From assembly GCF_006345805.1 (NCBI RefSeq), contig NC_043006.1:101680001-101744000 (forward strand): a stretch of DNA of 64,000 nucleotides, written 5' to 3'. This document shows positions 1-13,007 of this stretch, one piece after another. This DNA comes from Octopus sinensis. Its lineage: Eukaryota. The position numbers and the translations under genes were made by a program. Each line of letters opens with the position of its first letter. Position 1 is the stretch's first letter. Under the pieces are notes generated by a model. That model saw nothing but the letters and a program-made list of their open reading frames with translations, searched no databases and had not been told where the DNA came from.

Positions 1-153
1 CTTGCTGCCTTAGTCTACCAAACAGGTCTCAGATAATCTGTGATATGCTGAGAGTCTGTCTAGATTTGCAATCAATTTTTCGTGTTTGTGCTATAACCTC
101 TATTGTAAATAATAATCAATGTTCTTATGGTAAGAAAATGACAAGTCTGAAAG

Positions 154-234
154 CTACTGATTCTTTATATTAGAATAAAATTACCAATTCTTTGTGTTAG
201 AATACAATTACTGATTCTTTATATTTGAATAAAA
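154..234. repeat. 27-bp minisatellite, 3 diverged copies
   Basis: ctactgattctttatattagaataaaa / ttaccaattctttgtgttagaatacaa / ttactgattctttatatttgaataaaa. Confidence 0.85.
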
Positions 235-746
235 TTATTGCCAGAAGCATTTAAAATACGTGTTGGTTGTTGTAGAATTATTGATAGTTGAATAATTCAT
301 GCAGGTGTTTTTTTTTTTTATTTTATTTAATTTTTTATGTTGAGATTACATCTTACCCTTACCTAACCAAAAATGGCATGGATGTGTGCGTGTGTGTGTG
401 TGTGTTGTGTGTTTGTGTGTGTGTTCATTTTGTTTGTATTATTATTTATAACTTGTTGATTATAGGCTAGTGGGGTTCACAACTCATCAAGCTATTGTGG
501 ACACCACACTGAAGACATTGTTTTCATTATGTCTAAGATATACAGGCTGAAGTAGCTGAATTAAAAACTGTAAACTACAAAATACTTGTAAATGTTATAA
601 TACTCCTGCTGTTTAGAATGGAAAATTTTATCAAATTTTACCCCTTCTAGTACTCACCCACAACTCAATTGCTTGAGGTATTGTGAGTTAAGTTCTTTTG
701 CCATAATAGAGCACATTGCCAGCGAGTGATATGAACTACTAAAATT

Positions 747-952
747 TTAACCGATTTCTCACTGTATTTCTTTGGACATTCGCCATCTTTGTAAGGAAGA
801 ATTTAGTAAAATAACTTTGTCACTATTAATATGCTGGGAACATAAATTGATTTAAAATTTTGATGGAAAGTTTAATTTAGATAATTTTAAAGCAGGAAGA
901 TTGCATCATATACCAACAGTGGTCTCAGGTGTATTAGTACTAAAAGGGTTAA
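747..952. mobile_element. TTAA-flanked MITE family 2 (piggyBac-type), degenerate
   Basis: Starts ttaacc, ends aaaagggttaa. Internal gaatttagtaaaataactttgtc is shared with copies at 10948, 26521, 42640 and 54259. Confidence 0.75.
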
Positions 953-3036
953 ATAGGTATCTGATTTTATTTATCTAGCCTCCTGTGACTTTAGTATGGA
1001 GTACTAATTATATAGGCATACAATATTGATACAACTGTCACGAAAATCTTATATTCCAATCTACTGTTCCTTGTAAATCTGCAATCTCATATCTATTTAT
1101 CTATCTGTCTGTGTGTGTGTGTGTGTGTGTGTAAGCTACAAGAATCAAATTGTGTAAACAGTATTACCTTCAGATAATTCTCTTACCTGGAAAAGATATG
1201 ACAAATGGTGACAGGAAGAGGATCCAGCTGTAAAATGCTGCTTCAGATAACTCCCCATCTAACTTACGCTAGTGTTTGGCAAAACAAATGCTAAACGAGT
1301 GGCCAGCTGAATGAAGTCAGTTTAATAGGAAATAATGTTACAGTAAATTGCAAACAAATTTATTTTGAGACTTAATCTTAAAAGGATTCACTTAAATTTA
1401 ATTATCTTATGTTTTCAAACAAAATATGATCACATTTATTTATATTTCCTATTCAAGATTTATACCATATTTGAATATTGTAATGTGAGAAGAGATGTGG
1501 TAGACCTAATCTGTTATCCAGTTTAAGCCCACCACCTGGACTTTGGTTGTGTTGAGTAGAATCCATTCAATTACAAACTTTTAGATCAAATCTCTAGTTT
1601 GAAGATAAAATGATGCATTCCTTTCAGCTGCAGAAGCCCATGGATTGTTGTTTCTCTTCATCTCCACGTATAAAGACTTGGAGGTTCTGAAAAAGTTACA
1701 GGGGCTGCCCTCTCTTTCCAACTAAGCTGTAACAAAAAGCAACAGATATCCTTATAAATATAACACAAAACAAAATCCCAAGTTTGATTAGAATCTATGT
1801 AATGTCTCTGATTTTTGGTTCTTAGTTTTGTGAGATTTTCTCATAACTATATTGATTCGTTTAGGGGTAAGATACATCCTGAAACAATTCCCCATGGGAA
1901 TTTAAAACATCTTAATGTTCAGAGTTGTAAAGACTAGCTCAGTGTAGCTGACATTTTGTTGCCCAGTTGTATTGTCTATCTTGCTATTGTATCCTTTATC
2001 TTTGGACAAGAAAGTTTACCTCCTCAAAACTTCAGTAATCTATACTTAAGAAATTGTTGTCATTTCTCTTTTAGAATTAAGTTGAAATCATTGTCACTGC
2101 TGTTAATGGGCATGAAATTTGCCCCCATTTATCCCATGCCACTTCACACCTTTGATATAATTAAAATATAATGTAAAAATAAAACGAAAAATAAACTGGG
2201 GAAACATATGTTAGTCTACAACAAATCAGTTTTGAAAAGTTTGAATGACTGTTGTCAATAGTGATTGGCTTAGTGGCAGATGTCTACTAACTAAAATCAA
2301 CAACAACTATAACATTAACAAGCTACAAGAATCAAATTATATGAATAATATGTTTTCAATTGATCATTTTTCTTGTTCTCTGATTTCATTCTTCTTGTAT
2401 ACATTGTAATATTAACTTCCATCTGTATTCGTAGTAAATCTGAGTAGAGAGTTATGTTTTAGAAGGATTTAAGAGAAAAACAAAAATTATCAAGAACCTA
2501 AAGGAAAAAAAATATGTATCTAAAAAATTGAGAAACAAATGTTCTGCTAGATAAGATGATTAAAGTGTCTTTTGGCTTTCTCTCTAAGCAGATAATTATT
2601 TCTTTATAACATTACCAGGCTCCATTTCAGGTTTATATATATTGTGTTTGTAATGTGCATATTGTTTGAATATATGTGTATATATCTATGTAATATGGAT
2701 ATATTTGTGTGTATGTATCTCTGTAATATGTATATGTTTGTGTAAATATGTGTGTGCTTGTGTCTTTCAGTGCTTGTGACCTTTTGAAATCAATGTTTAC
2801 TTCTTGTTCTGTGCTTTTAGTGAAATTTATTTTACTTTCTATCCTCTGTGCTTACAAATGTGTTGTTTACTTACAATATACAAGGAATAAAAGTAAACTA
2901 TTTGAGTAGATATATACAACATAAATTCAAGCTGGACTGCTTATCTTTCCATCAATTTCACTGTTGGCTTTTCATTGTAATATGCATAATGCAGTATTGT
3001 CTCAGTTTATCTAGCTGGCAGTATAGGCATTATATT

Positions 3037-3185
3037 AATGGCAATGGATTAGTAGAACCGTTGGAGCAGTGGACAAAATACCTTGCAGTTTTTAGTTGTG
3101 ATTCTTTATGTTTGGAGTCCAAATTGTACTAAGGTCAATTTCACATTTCTGCATTCTGGGCTTCATAAATACTAAGGTTAGTCAA
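3037..3185 (+). mobile_element. SINE B, highly degenerate
   Basis: agtagaaccgtt...ggacaaaatacc...gagtccaaatt...aaggtcaatttc follows the order seen in the copy at 7863. Confidence 0.5.
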
Positions 3186-3413
3186 AAAATAATGCAATAT
3201 TTTATTATATATAAAAAATAAGGTGTATAATCAAACATATTGTACATCAAAATATAGCTATACGTCTTGGGTCCTCATCCCAACTGCTCAAAATAGTCAT
3301 CATCTCTTTCAATGGCAGTGTTCCACCTATGAATGAGAACGTTTTCCTAGCTTTCTAAAACTTAGCTGTCTGCTTTTATAGTTTTTCTATTATAACTATT
3401 ATAATTTTCACTA

Positions 3414-3632
3414 AATAAAATTAAGACTGCTGTAAGGAATTGGCTATCACATTAGCCAGCTGAGTTTTACAAAGCTGGAATAAATGTCATTGAAAGAGCT
3501 GGTAGTTGGGTTGAGAAGTAGGGCTACGAATCTGTGATGTAGAACTACATGATGATGGAAAATATGTCTGGTTGTATTCTTTATGTTTTTTTTACAACAT
3601 AAAACTGCATTACTTTTTGATTCACCCTTGTA
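3414..3632 (+). mobile_element. Mariner transposon 3' remnant (transposase C-terminus plus right TIR)
   Basis: The frame from 3423 reads KTAVRNWLSH*PAEFYKAGINV, like mariner C-termini. 3607-3632 gcattactttttgattcacccttgta is the reverse complement of a TAC(G/A)AGGGTGAATCAAAAAGT mariner-type terminus ending in TA. Confidence 0.7.
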
Positions 3633-4199
3633 CATTACCAGTCAGGAACTGGAATCAATTGCATGGAATTACAGTAGAAGAGTAGTAAAGATTATTTGTC
3701 AATGCTACCAGATAAAAATCAGCGCCCAGTCCAGGTATGAGTTTTTGAGTCACTGAAACATTTATATCTTATGTACAATACTGTAAACTGGTTACAAATC
3801 CAGCAACCAGAGTTCTATTCTCTGGATTTATATTATTTCTGTTAGTTTATTTGGTGATGGTAAAGACTGTAACGTCAGCATTGATTAGGCAGGATTATGG
3901 TATGTAGGGGGTTAGTTAGCTAATTAGGTGTGATCTACAAAACTATATTTCCAGATAATCTGCATTAATACATTGTGTGGGCCCCGTAGTATGCTTGATA
4001 GTATGCGTGTGTCATATGATATTGCTTTTACTTGTATTTGTATGCCAGTAATGTGGTGGTGTGTGGGAGGAAACAGTAGATTGGGGGGTAGTATGGAGGA
4101 GGTTGTACAGCAGAGTGAAGTAGGGTGGAGAGAGACAAAATGAACTTACTAGTAAAAGCAATTTAACAAAATAAAGACTCTCTTTCTCTGTCTGTCTTT

Positions 4200-4637
4200 G
4201 TATCTCTCTGATCGGGTAACCATTTACTTCCCCTATAGGGAAATGCTTGTTTCTATCTCACTATAACCTTTCATCATCTGACACAAGATCCCCTCCTCCA
4301 ATGCCTCTCCCCTCTCAAAGGATTTTTGGCTTGCAAGTTACTTGGCAACTCTGCCAGTGTGCCACTTAAAAAGCATCCAGTCTACACTGTAAAGTGATTG
4401 GTGTTTGGAAGGGCATCCAGCTATAAAAGCCATGCCTGACTGACCTTGCCTGTGCTTGTACCATGTGAAAATTACTCAATCCATTCTGCTGGGTGGTTGG
4501 TGTTAGGAAGGGCATCTAGCCATAGAAACCATGCCAAAACAGACCAAGTAGTCTGGTGCAGGCTCCTGTCTGGCCAGCTCCTATCAAACCATCCAATCCA
4601 TACCAGAAGGCAGGCATTAAACGATGATGATGATGAT
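4200..4637 (+). mobile_element. Non-coding retroelement with RTE-type 3' tail and (GAT)n end
   Basis: Body ctaacctttcatcatctgacacaagatc is shared with 44228-44545 (inverted) and more loosely 26930-27444. Tail ggttggtgttaggaagggcatc...ccatccaatcc...ttaaacgatgatgat is shared with RTE ORF-bearing fragments. Confidence 0.75.
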
Positions 4638-6052
4638 AGACTATCTGAACATGAGAGAAGCACGTTAGAGTGCTTCTACAGCTAGTGATAATGTGAAGTG
4701 TACTGGTTAGTGTGCTTATTAGCCTACTACAGTCAAGGCAAGAGTGGCTATTTTCACAATGGATATGGTATATTGGTTCCAATGTGTTTCTCATTCCTGA
4801 TGTTCTTTCATTTGACGTCACTGACCATTTTTTTCTTTCTCTGATTTAAAAACTGGTACATTTTGTGCCTTGAGGAACAAAATCATTCATTGAGCTCTCC
4901 TCTGTTTATTTGTGTAAAGAAATTAGTTTGCTGCCTCACTGTTATTTGTGGAAATGCTATTGAGGTTAGTTGATCACTTCACCTCTGCCGAGGGTGGAAG
5001 AAATTCATAAAATAAGTATCAGCAGCAAAGAATCAAGATTTAATGTTTCATGATTATGCACATCACTATTATTTCTGCTATTTCTGCTATTTCTGCTAAC
5101 TTAATAATTTACATATTACTCTTGTAACGACCAGTCATCTTGAAATAACGTAAATGAGAAAATAGTACACTATATCATTCATAGAGGTGGTAATTGTAAC
5201 TATAGCGGTGATGATGTTGGGAAGGGTGATAATAACAGTAGTAATATTGATTGCGTTATTTGAATTCATTGTTCAATTACACTCTGAAATGATAGTAATA
5301 GCATTGAAAATCAAGCTATGAAGTTATTGCTTCTGTCATGGCTAAAGTTCACAGATGGACTTGAATTCAGTACAATGAGCTCACAAAAGTCTCATCAGTT
5401 TTATAGTACAGCTGCTTACTACAGTGTACTAGTGCACCACATTGGTAGCTTCACACAGCAACTAGATCAACTGGGCCATTCAGAATTATGTATATTGGTC
5501 ATGTACATAGCTTAGTGTTCTTGCCACCTTATGAACCCCTCAGCTTTGTGGCATGGTTGGTTATATATTTTCTTATCAACACAGCCCATGTATTGTCCGG
5601 CAGTAATTCTATTACTATTCACAATAGTGGCACTTAAACTCTTGGTTATGTTGTTAGTGAGGGTAATGGTCATAGTAGTAATAATAGTACTACAAATGTT
5701 GGTAATGGTGATGGTGGCAGCTGTTGTAATAGTAGCAGCAGTAACAACATCAAGCTATATACCAGCTTTCGGTTTTTTTGTTTGACCATTTTAATATAAA
5801 ATCTCAAATAATTTACATGAGGGTTTTATTTATTTTTTTTTTTTATATATTTGATTTAACAAAAGGACAAAAAACAAAAACAAAAATGGAAAGAAGTTAA
5901 AAGGGAAAATGCTGACTATGATTGTTTTTTAGTCCTCTCCTTTATAACTCTGCCTTTATTCTACTCTGCTTTCTCTGGACACGCTTCTTAGTTTCATTAC
6001 TTCAATATAATTTTGTATGAAAATATTTCCGTTGTTATTAGTTGGTATCAGG

Positions 6053-6141
6053 CTATGTGTACACACACACACATGTATATATATATTCACAAGCACATGT
6101 GTGTGTATTTATAAAGATATACATACATACATACATACATA

Positions 6142-6172
<31 letters not shown>

Positions 6173-6175
6173 CAT

Positions 6176-6212
<37 letters not shown>

Positions 6213-6271
6213 TATTTATATAGATAGATAGATAGATATATAGATATATATATATACATAGATATGTGTGC

Positions 6272-6310
<39 letters not shown>

Positions 6311-6370
6311 TATATGCACACATACACTTATACACATGTATGTGTGTATATTGATATGCATATATCTGTA

Positions 6371-6432
<62 letters not shown>

Positions 6433-6591
6433 GATATAAACACATGTATATGTGTATATGTATGCACACACATGTACTTGTACACACAATCACAGTTATA
6501 TTACATACTTTATATATATGTAAATGATGTTTGCACACATACCTATATGCATGTCCATACATTTGTGTATGTACATATATATATATATAAT

Positions 6592-6622
<31 letters not shown>

Positions 6623-6762
6623 TATATATAAATATGATTACATATGTATATTACCAAATTTGCATATAAATATAGAAATGTTTGTATACGTGTGTGTGTG
6701 TATCTATGTACACACACACACACACATACTGACTTTAACACTTATATTGAATGAATGAATGA

Positions 6763-6819
<57 letters not shown>
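6053..6819. repeat. Compound (TA)n/(CA)n/(TAGA)n microsatellite block
   Basis: Direct inspection; it explains the YIYIYI-type ORFs. Confidence 0.95.
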
Positions 6820-6820
<1 letters not shown>

Positions 6821-7731
6821 CGGGAAAAAAACAGGCAAAGAATAATCGATGTCTATTGACCAGTATTTTTATTGCAATGTCCGCATCAGTCAGCCGTATC
6901 AACAGTACCATTGATGCAAACCTACTCTGAACAACACATCTTTTACTTAAAGTATTATCTTTTTTTTTTGTTTTTTGCCTTTTCCTTTTACAGTGATATT
7001 GCTGTTGCTATCTTTGTTTTCTTTTTATTTATATATATATATATATATTTCTTTATTCTCACTGTTTTCCAAACTTCTCGTTAAAAAAAAGAGTTAGACC
7101 TAAAATGTGCACACTGAGTGTGCGTATTCTTGTATAACATAGTGTTGCATGTATATGTATGCACACACACAAACACATATACATAAATGTGCACTACACA
7201 TGTGTACCCATACCCATACATGTACAGGCGTGTATTTCTCTTGGTATGGATTTGGTTTTTTTTTTTACATTTTCTTTGATGCTTTGCTTATATTTCTTTT
7301 TCTTTCCTCTTTTTTTTTCTCGGTTTTTATTTATTACAAATGCTATTTCCATCAACTATTATTGCTAATTTATTATTAGTATTATTTTTGTGATATGTTT
7401 GTTGTTGGAAAATCTAATATTATTAAATCGTCTCCTTGCCAAATAGTAGCCTCCTGCAATACATTCTTGTTTTTCTTTCTTTCTCTCATCTTCTTATTAT
7501 TCTTGTTGTTGTTGTAATAAAAAAATAAAAGGAATTATTATTTTTCCTGTTATTTATGTTTTCTTAGTGCTGTATATTTCTTTAGTCTTTGAGGATTTTG
7601 ATGGAAAATTGTTTTGTGCAAGAAGATGAAAAAGATGAATAACGTGGAAAAGAAAAGAAAAACTGAATGCCAAAATTATTACTGATGGTGATGATAATAA
7701 CATTTCATTCTTTAGGACTGAATTTATAGAG

Positions 7732-8209
7732 CAGTGGTTCTCAACTGAGGTTCACATGACCCTTAGGGGCCTATATGCAATTTTATGGTTAAAATTTATG
7801 TGCAGTAAATTGGTTATACTTCTAAAATACAAAATATATTTTGATTTTTTTTTTATACAATTAAGGCAGTGATCTGGCAGAATCATTAGCTTGCTGGGCA
7901 AAATGCTTAGCAGCATTTCAGCTGTCCTTATATTCTGAGTTCAAATTCTGCCAAGGTTGACTTTACCTTTCATCTTTTTGGGGCAATAAAATAGGTACCA
8001 CTGTGGTCGATTTAATCAACCCAGCCCCTCCCCCAAACCTGCTGGCCTTGTGCCAAAATTTTGAAACCAATGACTTCTTTTAATACAATTCCTAATAGTA
8101 TTTAATTACAAGAATATAATTGGATTTTTTGAAACATGAAATGGCTGAGGGTCCACGTGAGTAAAACAAAAATCAATGAGGTCCATGGGTGAAAAATGGT
8201 AGAGAAGTG
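7732..8209. mobile_element. hAT (Charlie-like) MITE interrupted by SINE B
   Basis: Left end cagtggttctcaac preceded by ttatagag (nTCTAGAn-like target). The right end is degenerate (aatggtagagaag). Confidence 0.55.
7863..8069 (+). mobile_element. SINE B, near full length
   Basis: A-box-like tggcagaatc, B-box-like gagttcaaattc, 3' end gctggccttgtgccaaaattttgaaacc; many homologues in the window. Confidence 0.85.
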
Positions 8210-8486
8210 GGGAAAAAATCAAAATGAGCTGTTGTGACTTTCATCCATGTTATGCACTCATGCTCTCATGCACAGACATTCATACATTTACATAAATGCT
8301 AATGTGTCTATATTCACACATATACTTGGACATTCTATTGCTTATAGCCTCAAAGGAACCAAAATCATACCAAGAAATGCATATAAGGGCAGCTACATCA
8401 AACCCTTTCTTTGAGCAAGTATAAAGCTGCAATAAACCACATGGTGATATCCTAATATATCTACCAAAAAACCAGTAAAAGATATA

Positions 8487-8850
8487 CTCTTATTTGATAC
8501 ATTTATTGGAATACAGCCATGCTGGAGGTCTGACTTGTTGGGTTAGTCCAAGAAATTGATCTCAGTACCTATATTTGATCTAGAACTTATTCAGCTGAGT
8601 TGTTTTTGAACCACTAAGTTATGAGGCAGTACAGAAACTGAAACCACTTGTCAAGGAGTGATGAAACAAAGCCATACACATACACACACACAAGGAACTT
8701 CCAAACAGTTTCTCTCTATCAAATTCACTCACAAAGTATTGTTCAAACTGGAGCTATAGTGGAAGACACTTGCCCAAGGAACTGTACAGTGGGACTTACC
8801 CTAAAGCTACATTGTTATGAAGTAAACTTCCTAACTGCACAGCCATACCT
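8487..8850 (-). mobile_element. SINE A (tRNA-type head, central microsatellite), degenerate
   Basis: Colinear with the reverse complement of 17628-17987 (gaagacacttgcccaagg, cacagcca). Confidence 0.75.
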
Positions 8851-11110
8851 TCACCTTTATCTTTTTTTCTAATACTTCTTTGTGGCTATAGTGAGACAAC
8901 GTTTCCTAAGACATTGCTATTGATATCGCAAAATATGTTGCCTATAATGAGTTAATACTTAAGCTAGTATTCTAACCAATGTATTAAAGCCAATCATCTT
9001 TTTAATTAGGATTATACTGTAGTTGTCATATCTTTGTTTTCTGAACTTTGTCTTAGAATTTATAACAGAGCATTGCATTTATGGTTGGAAAACTGCATTA
9101 TTTGTCTTTTCATCTTTTCAGCTATTATATCTCCCTTTTTGTTGTCGAATCTCTGGAGAATAGTATAAATAATATTGTTAAACATTCCTTATAATGTAAC
9201 AGTAATAATATTGTAACATTGTGCTGCTGTCTATTTTTATTGTTTAAAATATTAGAAAAATTCAATTGAATGATTTCTTTCAAAATGTTTAATTATTAAC
9301 CTTAATGAATCATGCTAGTCGCAATTTAAGAGAAATGGTTCTGAGTACAAACATCAGTGGTACAACAAGGGATTTTGAGACTTGAATCTGTGGTTTATTG
9401 TAGTATATGTTACTCTTTGTTTTTATTATATTGTCTGGGATTTTCTATTGGGTCTTCGACTGATTTTTTTGTTAGAAGCTCACTGAAAGATGTTTAAATA
9501 AATCTTGCTTTTCTTAGAAAACTAGGTATTTTAGCCACTGAACCTGTTTCTTAAGCAATCAATATCTAATTGTTCTTTATGAAATCAATTTTATTCTACC
9601 TTGTCTGTTTCTGAAAAAACTACTTGGAACTTATTTCTAAAATTGCTCCTTTGAGAATCACCTCAGTTTTTAAATCCGTTATATGGTTTATAAAATTAAA
9701 CAGCTGTTATTTATCTAACCCGTTATCTTATCTTTATGAAATCAGTTAACCAGTCGTAGGTTTTCAACTATTCCTTTGTGCTTTATTCCTACTCTCTATT
9801 TGCTTACAAACTGAGTTGTTATCTCAACTTCATCAATATTATAAAATGTTAAAAATAAAAAAAAATTGTCTCTTTCAGTTTTTAACCAAAATCTTTGAAA
9901 AGCTTGTCACTGCTACAAGTGGATTATTAACTATACAATGATCTCTCTATTTATGCAACTATTGCAGTTAGTTATTTGATGGTTTATTTGATAAAATAAA
10001 TCACTGCTGAAAACAAATTAGAAGTGGAAGAGGGGTGGTTTCAGTTTTCCTCTCATGCCAAATTTCTCCAGAGTTTCAATGCAAGTTATTCCATGTCTAA
10101 GGATAGCATTTGTTCAGTTCAGCTGCAGTGAAAAACTGTCTTCAACAAATGCTAGATAATTGCCTTAGTATCGACAACAGTTCAGTAGTGCTATCACTTG
10201 AATTAAATCCTTCCCTGTCTATGGTTGCATTGACAGATTGTTCAACTTGTTGCAACTAAATTAGTTTTCTTGCTGGCATCATTCTATACCTTCAACTTAG
10301 AGAATCTTGCTTCTTTTATTCCTCTTCTCCTTGGTTTCTTTTTTTTTTTTTTTTCCTTTTATTATAAATTCGATTATATTTTCTTGGAGTCATTTTATAT
10401 TCCTATACCTGAAATTCTTTAGTTTGTTTCTGAAGAATTCCTCAAAGTTTAGGACAAGTTTTAGACAGTAAAAAGAAACAAAAAATTTTTTTGAGAAAAT
10501 AATTTTTTTTTGTTTTTAGTTCTTCATCTGAGAGGAATGTCAGTGTATTTTCTTTTTAATTCTTTATAAATTTTTTCATGTTTTATTTTACTCAGTTGGT
10601 TTTAATTTCAACTTTGACTTTCACTTGAGTGGTCATATATTTGTGTATAGATGTCAAAATTAACATGGCATACACTTATTTCATTGCATAATATTCTATT
10701 TTGTATTGTAGCTGCATGACTGTCTTATACATGTTCATGTGTATTTGCATGTGTCTGTATGTCATTTTGTGTCTAGTAAAGATTTCAAATAATTCAATCT
10801 GCTACAATACTAGTTTGGGTTATAGTGATAAAGTTGGTGTGAGACTGTTCCTACACACTCTACTTATGATTAGGGTTGTTTGTGAATGCAAACAGGTGAC
10901 CATAAAGTGACAAAGATAACTAAGATTAGCTAGGAAGCAGTTTAGTATTAACTCTTTCTTTGTCATATTTCTGTTGAAATACACTGTTTTTGTTTCAATT
11001 AATTTTGAAAATAAGAAAGAAATTAGTAAAATAACTTTTTCATTATTAAGCTGGTGTTTGGAATATGAATTAACATGAAGTTTTTATGGAAGGTTTTAAT
11101 TTTGATCACT

Positions 11111-11571
11111 TTACCCCTGGAAAATGTAACCTCTCGAAAGAGCTGTTCTTCACTCCTGCTCCAGAGCGTTGGCTGCGGGGTCATTCCGAAAAGCTCTATC
11201 TGCAACGATTTCATCTCAATCGAAGGAGAGGGGCCGACGACCACTTTGTTCAAAGTCTCCCTTGACCTCAAGTGGCCTGAGCTCTTTACATGAACACCAC
11301 CCTGTACATAACTCCATGTCCCCCTACGTGGCCTTGCTTTTTGCTTTTTGAGCCAAAAAATTAACTAACTAACTAACTAAACCAGCCATATCTGCTCAAA
11401 TATCCTACTTGTTTTATGTTCAAACCAACCAAATCCAGCCTCTCACACTTACCCTTCAAAAATTTACATCATCATAATTTTGAGAGAACAAAATAATGCA
11501 TTGTTAATTGAAAACAGTGTGGACCAAAAAGCATTACATCTGACTGAGTAGTGTGAATGCTGAAGGGTTAA
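11111..11571. mobile_element. TTAA-flanked MITE family 1 (11111-11118 plus 11381-11571), split by a CR1-like fragment
   Basis: Residual left end ttacccct; body accagcccatatc...ttttatgttcaaacc; right end tgctgaagggttaa. Confidence 0.75.
11119..11380 (+). mobile_element. CR1-like LINE 3' end fragment, internally deleted
   Basis: GKCNLSKELFFTPAPERWLRGHSEKLYLQRFHLNRRRGA contains the RGHxxKL motif. A second frame gives PTTTLFKVSLDLKWPELFT*, followed by a short UTR and a (CTAA)n tail. Confidence 0.8.
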
Positions 11572-13007
11572 CACTGTGTATCATAGAATCAGTGATGGTC
11601 TTAGGTAGGTTGGCATCAAAAGGATTTAATCAGAGTATACATTAGGGATTGATGTAACAGTAATAAGAAATGATGAGGAAAGTGGTGAATCTGCCCACAA
11701 AATCAGACAAAGTTGTTGAAGATAGTGATAGTGATGACAGTTGTAAACATGAAATATTTTCTATGGCTTGTTTGAATTATCTGTCGTAATCATCAGGTTA
11801 GTAAATCATTCATGTGGTTTAGTTTTTCTCATTCTATTTTACCCAACTGCAATTACAGCTGGCAGGTTTAAAGATATTTAGAAAGCAGTTTGTCCGATAC
11901 TGTTGCTGTTGTTGACCTGGTCACTTCTGCTTGAGTTGACCTACAGCAGTAAGATAGCTTGATCGATGAATTGTTCAATCAGTATTTTGGCTTAGATGAT
12001 CCTGTCTTAATGCTGTCCAAAGACAAGTGACATTAATCATGTCTTCACTTTTGCAGATGGAAAGAGTTCAATAAAAGAGATTTGGCAAATGCATTGATCA
12101 ATTTGAACGATTGCATAGCTAATTTGTTGACTCATATCATTTTAGTTTCTGTGTCATATGAAAATAAGTTTCCAGATAAATTATACATGACTGATTTTTG
12201 ACCTTATAAAATGACCACTCTTCTCTGTTTTATTTTTTTCTATTACTTGTTGAAACATAGTTATCAGGATTCAGTTTTATGTCAAATCTTAAATACAATT
12301 TATGTATGTAATTAGTTTAACGGATGCTACGCAACATAGCTATAAATCTTCTGTAATATCAACAGGGTCTCTTTAATATTTTGTTGAAAAACTTATTTAC
12401 TCCATTTGGGAGGATGGGGGAGACAAAAAGAAGAAGCTTTTTTTCTTTATTGATTACATTTCACTCTGTTTGTTTATGTGTGTGTGCACTCATGCGTGTG
12501 TGTGTGAGAGAGAGAGAGAAAGGGAAAAATAAGCAGATGTCATTAGTATTCAAGACAGAAATATTGTTGTTTCCAATAATTTTGAGATATGTTGTCATTT
12601 CTCTTTATCCAAAAAAACTTCTTTTAACCTATCCATTTCTTCATTTTATGTCTCTTGTGAAATACAGGAACGTGTGTACACATGTGCACACACACACACA
12701 CTTCTAAAGATCTAAATATTTTTCCTTGGTACTATTAAAATCTTATTTCTTCTGCTGTCCATTTTTCTTCTTTTTTGTTGTTTTTACCTTTTTTTTCATT
12801 GTTTTCTTCACCAGCATTTTATCATTTCCTTTCATTCTCTTTTTCCCTCCCATTTCTTTTCACTTCTTGCTTTGCTTTTCTTTCCTGTCCTTCCTTCATC
12901 ACCATTCCTCCTCCTTTTTACTCTCTCTGGCCCCTCCTCATCTGCCTTTCCTCTGCCCCCCCCCCTCATTCCATCTCTCTTTCTTTCTCCATCTATTTAA
13001 ATTATGC

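Larger units (their letters stand above)
10948..11629. mobile_element. MITE family 2 split into 10948-11113 and 11572-11629 by a MITE1 insertion
   Basis: The left half ends gatcacttta. The right half tgtatcatagaatcagtgatggtcttagg...aaaaggatttaa continues the sequence seen uninterrupted at 747-952. Confidence 0.8.

Noticed and set aside
1133-2338. 19-bp exact direct repeat aagctacaagaatcaaatt at 1133 and 2320
   Set aside because: Downstream bases continue to align with transitions only, which fits two old fragments of one repeat family rather than a TSD or functional site.
6017-6741. Cluster of long ORFs (up to 169 aa)
   Set aside because: They are translations of (TA)n/(CA)n microsatellites; the same applies to ORFs at 32673, 35604-35992, 58544-58763 and similar sites.
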